DNA of 42,998 nucleotides from Thermodesulfobacteriota bacterium (GTDB taxonomy: Bacteria > Desulfobacterota > Desulfobulbia > Desulfobulbales > SURF-16), in assembly GCA_040755455.1 (NCBI GenBank), contig JBFMAY010000037.1, positions 1 through 42,998 on the forward strand, written 5' to 3'. The notes under the pieces were generated by a model. That model worked only from the letters and a program-made list of their open reading frames with translations, was not told the DNA's origin and ran no database searches. This document shows, in pieces, positions 38,270-42,998 of this stretch. Numbering within the stretch: position 1 is the first letter of the stretch; every line of letters starts with the position of its first letter. The position numbers and the translations under genes are program-made.

Positions 38270-40465
38270 GTGAAGAAAAAGACTCTTGCCAAGGCAGGCC
38301 TGCTGACGGGTCTGGCCATGATGATGCCGGCCGTCACCTTTGCCGGCTGTTTTGCCTGCCACGGGACTACCGGCTGCCAGACACCGACCAAACCCCAGGG
38401 CACCTGCGCAGGCTGCCACCTCGGCAGCGGCGATGTCAATGACTACCTGAGCAATTTCACCAGCGCCGTGATTGACAATGAGCAATGGCAAACCAGCGGC
38501 CACGGCCGGCCGGGCATCGTCCTTGACTGCGTTTATTGCCACGATGACACAGTCAGGCATGGTGAACCAACCAACCCCTTCAGGCTGGCCAATACCTTAA
38601 CAGCGGAGGCCACCGGCCAGAACGGCAACTGTCTTGCCTGCCACGGCACGGAGGCAACGGGTTATGATCCGGACGGTCAAGACACAGTTTTTGCCCCGGT
38701 TACTTCGGTGGTCAAAATTGACGCCAACCATAGCGGCGGCCGCCATAATGGGCAGAGCGACGGCGGCTTTTTCTGCTGGGACTGCCACGATCCCCATGGT
38801 GACGCGAATATCGCCATGATTCATGACGAGGTGAGCAAAAACTCCGACGGCCAGTTCGGCATCCCCATCGAAACCACGCCGGTCTCCTTCAGGGACAACA
38901 CCATTGGCAGCGATTATGCCGCAAGCACCGCCCCCTTTGCCGGCGTCTGCCAGGCCTGTCACACAGCGACCAACCACTATACCGCCACCGCAGGCGACGG
39001 CCACAACGCCACGACCCGCTGCGTGGTCTGCCACGAACACAACGACGGCTTCAAGCCCAACTGTAATGCCTGCCACGGCTATCCGCCGCAGGTGGACTCA
39101 CCCCAAGGCGTGGACGGCCTGGTGGTCAACCCGGCGCCCACCGGCTCTATGACGAGTGGCGCCCACCAGAAACATGCCGTGGATTACCGGATCTCCTGTT
39201 ATGCCTGCCATTTCGGCGGCATGCCGGACACGCCGGTTTCCGGCGACTTCCGGCTGCAGATGGGCTTTGACGTCTTCGGCTTTGCCGGCAGCGGCTCCAT
39301 CTATAACGCCCAGACCCTGGCCAGCCCCTACAGCTACTCCGGCACCAACGGCACCATGATCTCCTCTGCCGGGGCCGCCACCAGCTGCGAGAATTTTTAC
39401 TGCCACAGCGACGGCACGGCCGTAGCCACCAGCTTCTTTGATCCAGCGACCTTCACGGGCCCGCATCAGAGCTCGCCAGCCTGGGACGGCGCAACTACTT
39501 GCACCTCATGCCACGGCTTTCCCCCGGCCTATGCCGCCGATGAGCCAAAGGCCAACAAGCATGCACTGCATGCCGGCTTCGGTTACAGCTGCAACATCTG
39601 CCATTACGGCACCACCACCGACGGCGCCGCCATAACCGACCGCAGCAAACATGTCAACGGCCGCTATGATGTGGCCCCCGACCCCACGGCCACGGTTTAC
39701 GTGGTCGGCCAGATCCCCAGCACCGTCAGCTTCGCTTACACCTATGACCCCGGCGGCGGCACCTGCGCGAACATCAGCTGCCATGCCAACATGGGCACCA
39801 GCGCCGACCGGCCCTGGGGATTCAGCGCCATTACCGCCGGTGTGTCCTGGAGCCCGGGCAGCCTGTGCGCTTCCATCAACTTTGCCATCAATGTCACCTC
39901 CAGCAACGCGGTACCTCCCTATTTTTACTCCATCGACTGGGAGAGCGACGGCAGCTGGGATTATGAAGGGACGGTGAACAGCCACACCCATGTCTATCCC
40001 CAGACAAACACCGGCTACCAGGTCACCTGGACGGTCAGGGATGCCAAGATGCATACCCTGGAGACCGGCACCAAGACCAATCCGGTCACCTCCTCCGCCG
40101 GGGTTGCCAATGTCAATCCAGTGCCCAATGTCAACCGGTCCAACATTGTCTACACCCCGGTCCATGGCAATCCCGCCGTGCCGACCCAGATCACCGGCTA
40201 CACCGTCACCCTCACCGACCTGTCCATTGATCCTGACTTTGACGCCTGCGGCCACGCCGGTCCGGGCAGCGCCAGAATCGTCTGGCGTGACGGGGCAACC
40301 GACCTGCTGCCGCTTGCTCTAACCGCTGCGCCGTCAGGACAGACTTTCAGTCATACCTACACCTCCGGCGGCACCAGATACGTCCAGTATTCCGTCAGTG
40401 ACAATGCCGGCTCAAGCGCTATCGCCTTAAGCCCCAACATCCAGGTTGTTGTTCCCAATTTCTGA
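38270..40465 (+). CDS. Secreted CxxxxCH/CxxCH-type multiheme cytochrome (11 CxxCH + 2 CX4CH) with C-terminal PKD-like domains
   Basis: RBS GGAGG, GTG start, signal peptide; YSIDWESDGSWD...HTHVY PKD-like motif. Confidence 0.92.
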   Translation: MKKKTLAKAGLLTGLAMMMPAVTFAGCFACHGTTGCQTPTKPQGTCAGCHLGSGDVNDYLSNFTSAVIDNEQWQTSGHGRPGIVLDCVYCHDDTVRHGEPTNPFRLANTLTAEATGQNGNCLACHGTEATGYDPDGQDTVFAPVTSVVKIDANHSGGRHNGQSDGGFFCWDCHDPHGDANIAMIHDEVSKNSDGQFGIPIETTPVSFRDNTIGSDYAASTAPFAGVCQACHTATNHYTATAGDGHNATTRCVVCHEHNDGFKPNCNACHGYPPQVDSPQGVDGLVVNPAPTGSMTSGAHQKHAVDYRISCYACHFGGMPDTPVSGDFRLQMGFDVFGFAGSGSIYNAQTLASPYSYSGTNGTMISSAGAATSCENFYCHSDGTAVATSFFDPATFTGPHQSSPAWDGATTCTSCHGFPPAYAADEPKANKHALHAGFGYSCNICHYGTTTDGAAITDRSKHVNGRYDVAPDPTATVYVVGQIPSTVSFAYTYDPGGGTCANISCHANMGTSADRPWGFSAITAGVSWSPGSLCASINFAINVTSSNAVPPYFYSIDWESDGSWDYEGTVNSHTHVYPQTNTGYQVTWTVRDAKMHTLETGTKTNPVTSSAGVANVNPVPNVNRSNIVYTPVHGNPAVPTQITGYTVTLTDLSIDPDFDACGHAGPGSARIVWRDGATDLLPLALTAAPSGQTFSHTYTSGGTRYVQYSVSDNAGSSAIALSPNIQVVVPNF

Positions 40466-40502
40466 TGACCGCGCGGACGGATCCGCCAAGGAGAAAAAAA
40501 AT

Positions 40503-42626
40503 ATGAAGAAGGTCATGGTAAGCTGCATGCTGGCGCTGGGGATAGCAATAACGCCGCAGCCAGGAGTCGCCAATACCGCCCCGCACTGGACGACAAACAG
40601 CATCGACTGCACTGACTGCCACCGGAACCACATGGGGCCCAAAACCCCCTGCGAGTTCTGCCACAATAACAGCAGCGGCAACTACAGCAAAACCGCGGCG
40701 CCGGCAGTGGCCACCCATTCGTCGGCGGTGCTGGGCAGTGACACTTACGGCCAGTGGCAGCGACAGTGCGTGGACTGCCATGATCCCCACGTCTCCGCCC
40801 AATGCGCCACCCCGCTTGTTGAGGGCAGCTTTTCCTCTTACAGCGCGGCCAACGGCACCACCACCTTCACCGTGGACAACATCATGGTCCATGACAGCAG
40901 CTGGCAGAACCCGGCTGCCTGGAACGCCAAAACCGGGGCGGAGCGGGGCCTGATCCTGCTGGTGCAGGGCATGCTGTGGGATGCCGAACAGAACAGTTAT
41001 GTTGACTTTTCCGCTGAGATCATCGAAGCAACAGCCAATGCCATCACCGTGCAGGGCGAGGTGAACCAGTTTTCCACCAGCAGGGATTTTAAGATCCTTT
41101 ACGGCCAGTATATCAAAAGCGAAATCAACAACGCGCCGGTTGCCTTTGCCGGCACCCCCGGCGGGCTTGCCTATAATGAATCGGCCGGAACCATCGACCC
41201 CACGCCGGACGGGGTCTGCCAGGTCTGCCATACCCGGACCAGCCATTGGCGCAGCGACGGCACCATGGCCGACCACTTCAACGGCGAGAGCTGCACCAGC
41301 TGCCACGAGCACGAGCTGGGGTTCCGGCCCAGCTGCAACGCCTGTCACGGTTTTCCGCCAGTGGTTGATGCGCCAGGTCAGGTCAACGGCCTGATCTGGA
41401 ACCCCGTCCCCACTGGTTCAACCAGCGCCGGGGCCCACGCAACCCATGTGACGGACAATGGCATAAATTGTCAAACCTGCCATGCCGGCGGCATGCCGGT
41501 CACGCCCATTGTCGACGACTACGGGCTGCAGATGGGTTTTGAGATTTCCGGTCAGGGCACGGCAGGCAACCTTTACGACGGCCAGCGCCTGCATCCTGCA
41601 TACAGCTATGAGGGAACCAACAACACCACGGTGACCACGGGTGGTTCCATGACCTGCGTTGTCTACTGCCACAGCGACGGCACCTCGGTGGCCACGGGAG
41701 TGCTGGCCGGGCAAACCTCGCCTGCCTGGACAACCGGCAGCACCGACTGCAATTCCTGCCACAGCTACCCGCCGGCCTACAGCCAGGACCAACCCAAATC
41801 AAACAGCCATCAGCGCCACATCATGGCAGGTTTCACCTGCAGCACCTGCCATTTCGGCACCACCACTGACGCAGTGAGCATTGTCCCCGCAGGCAAGCAC
41901 GCCAACGGCCGTTTTGATGTGGCCGGCGCCCCCACCTTCCATGCCAACGGCCAGGATCATCCCCTTGATCTGGTCTACACTTTTGCGGCCGGCGGCGGCA
42001 CCTGTTCAACCAACTCCTGCCACGGCTACTTCGGCTTCAACACGCCGATCCGCTGGGGTAACGTCTATCTGCACGCCTCCCCTTCCGTGACCATTGGCGA
42101 TGAGTCAAACGAGATCAACTTCCAGGTCAATGTCACTGACTGCGGTTCCGCGGTCTGCAACACGCCGTTCACCTGCTCCTTTGCCTGGGGAGACGGCACC
42201 TCTGCCAGCGGCAGCTGCACGACCAGCCACAGTTATCCCTTGTCCGGCAGCTATCAGGTGACCTGGAATGTCTGGGACAGCAAGTACCATTCCATGGAAT
42301 ACGACAAGCTCACCACCGTAACCGCCGAGGAGATTGCCCCTCCCACCGGGGTTAGCCTTGGCGCTGCCTTTGATCCGGCCACCGGCCTGGTCAGTGTCAC
42401 GGTTCCGGACACAACCACCGCCGGGGTAGCGGTGGCCAAGGTGTATGTCTACTGGGGCGACCGGACGACCACCACGATCACGCCCCCCATCCTCCCGGTG
42501 CAACACCGTTACAGCCGCAACAGCACCTACCGGATCAGGGTGGTTGTCTATGACAGCAACTACGGCAAAATGACCTACACCTATCTGGAGGAGCCGTCAC
42601 TTGAGGTCACGGTGATCAATCCATAA
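40503..42626 (+). CDS. Secreted CxxxxCH/CxxCH-type multiheme cytochrome (9 CxxCH + CX3CH + CX4CH) with two PKD-like domains
   Basis: RBS AAGGAG then ATG 40503; signal peptide; FAWGDGT...SHSY and YVYWGD...QHRY; full-length paralog of 25688..27820. Confidence 0.92.
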   Translation: MKKVMVSCMLALGIAITPQPGVANTAPHWTTNSIDCTDCHRNHMGPKTPCEFCHNNSSGNYSKTAAPAVATHSSAVLGSDTYGQWQRQCVDCHDPHVSAQCATPLVEGSFSSYSAANGTTTFTVDNIMVHDSSWQNPAAWNAKTGAERGLILLVQGMLWDAEQNSYVDFSAEIIEATANAITVQGEVNQFSTSRDFKILYGQYIKSEINNAPVAFAGTPGGLAYNESAGTIDPTPDGVCQVCHTRTSHWRSDGTMADHFNGESCTSCHEHELGFRPSCNACHGFPPVVDAPGQVNGLIWNPVPTGSTSAGAHATHVTDNGINCQTCHAGGMPVTPIVDDYGLQMGFEISGQGTAGNLYDGQRLHPAYSYEGTNNTTVTTGGSMTCVVYCHSDGTSVATGVLAGQTSPAWTTGSTDCNSCHSYPPAYSQDQPKSNSHQRHIMAGFTCSTCHFGTTTDAVSIVPAGKHANGRFDVAGAPTFHANGQDHPLDLVYTFAAGGGTCSTNSCHGYFGFNTPIRWGNVYLHASPSVTIGDESNEINFQVNVTDCGSAVCNTPFTCSFAWGDGTSASGSCTTSHSYPLSGSYQVTWNVWDSKYHSMEYDKLTTVTAEEIAPPTGVSLGAAFDPATGLVSVTVPDTTTAGVAVAKVYVYWGDRTTTTITPPILPVQHRYSRNSTYRIRVVVYDSNYGKMTYTYLEEPSLEVTVINP

Positions 42627-42998
42627 TAAACGGAGGTGTTGCCAATAAAGGCGGCGCCTCTTCATATCTTTCGCTTTGAGGCCAGTTTTCCCCAAACCCG
42701 AGCGCAGGCAGCCGCATCCTGGCAACAGACAATGCGGTAAGCCTTTCATAGTGACCCTCACCTTTGATACTGCCGCCCCCAACCTAGCGCGGGCCTGTTG
42801 TAACGATCCGTAAGATAAGTATTTATTTGTAGTAGTTCAAACTCGATCTGACAACCCTCAGCATTAGATTTAACTCATCTTCTACAGTTTAAAAAAAATA
42901 ATTAAACGATTTCGGCATAATACGCCATGCAAAAATAGTGTTGGCACTACCTGGCATAACTGACTTGATGAAAAACAGCTCATATCTCCCGGATGGTC

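Noticed and set aside
38336..38362. Lipobox-like FAGC in the 731-aa cytochrome
   Set aside because: That Cys is the first Cys of CFACH, so signal peptidase I cleavage after TFA is more plausible.
40463..40487. TGA TGA followed by a GCGGA-CGGA-TCCGC hairpin as a second Sec readthrough
   Set aside because: It is a double stop, the C-terminus aligns with the ends of the paralogs, and the next gene is in another frame with its own RBS and signal peptide.
42942..42957. sigma54-like TGGCACTACCTGGCA
   Set aside because: Spacing is GG-N9-GC, one base short, and no downstream gene is visible.
42627..42998. AT-rich tail and ORF 42597..42782 as a mobile element end or gene
   Set aside because: No inverted repeat, transposase or protein motif is recognisable; probably intergenic.
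1..42998. CRISPR arrays, tRNA/rRNA genes (including tRNA-Sec), transposases, sel genes
   Set aside because: None recognised by eye. Sec machinery would have to be encoded elsewhere in the genome.

Overview
This 43 kb window looks like a Desulfobacterota (Desulfobulbales-like, by inference) chromosome. The first 11.9 kb carries a truncated repeat-domain surface protein, a VPLPA/PEP-CTERM protein, a MalT-like ATPase/BTAD regulator, pyruvate:ferredoxin oxidoreductase and a DUF1566 protein. The rest is a cluster of about 31 kb for extracellular electron transfer. It has 13 multiheme cytochrome c genes (by manual count 102 CxxCH plus 13 CX3CH/CX4CH motifs), an OmcE-like tetraheme nanowire subunit, two NHL beta-propeller lipoproteins, two SurA/parvulin-like foldases, a candidate outer-membrane beta-barrel and two output-less HAMP membrane proteins. 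The main finding is that ORFs 24583..25053 and 20665..24564 are in frame and separated by one UGA. A bacterial SECIS-like hairpin starts 11 nt after that UGA. Read through, they form a secreted protein of about 1462 aa with the octaheme tetrathionate reductase (OTR)-like heme pattern, a putative selenocysteine at residue 157, a Met-rich domain and a C-terminal module shared with other secreted cytochromes in the cluster. Five sigma54-type promoters, served by four paired GGG-N8-CCC-like palindromes about 100-165 bp upstream, suggest co-regulation.
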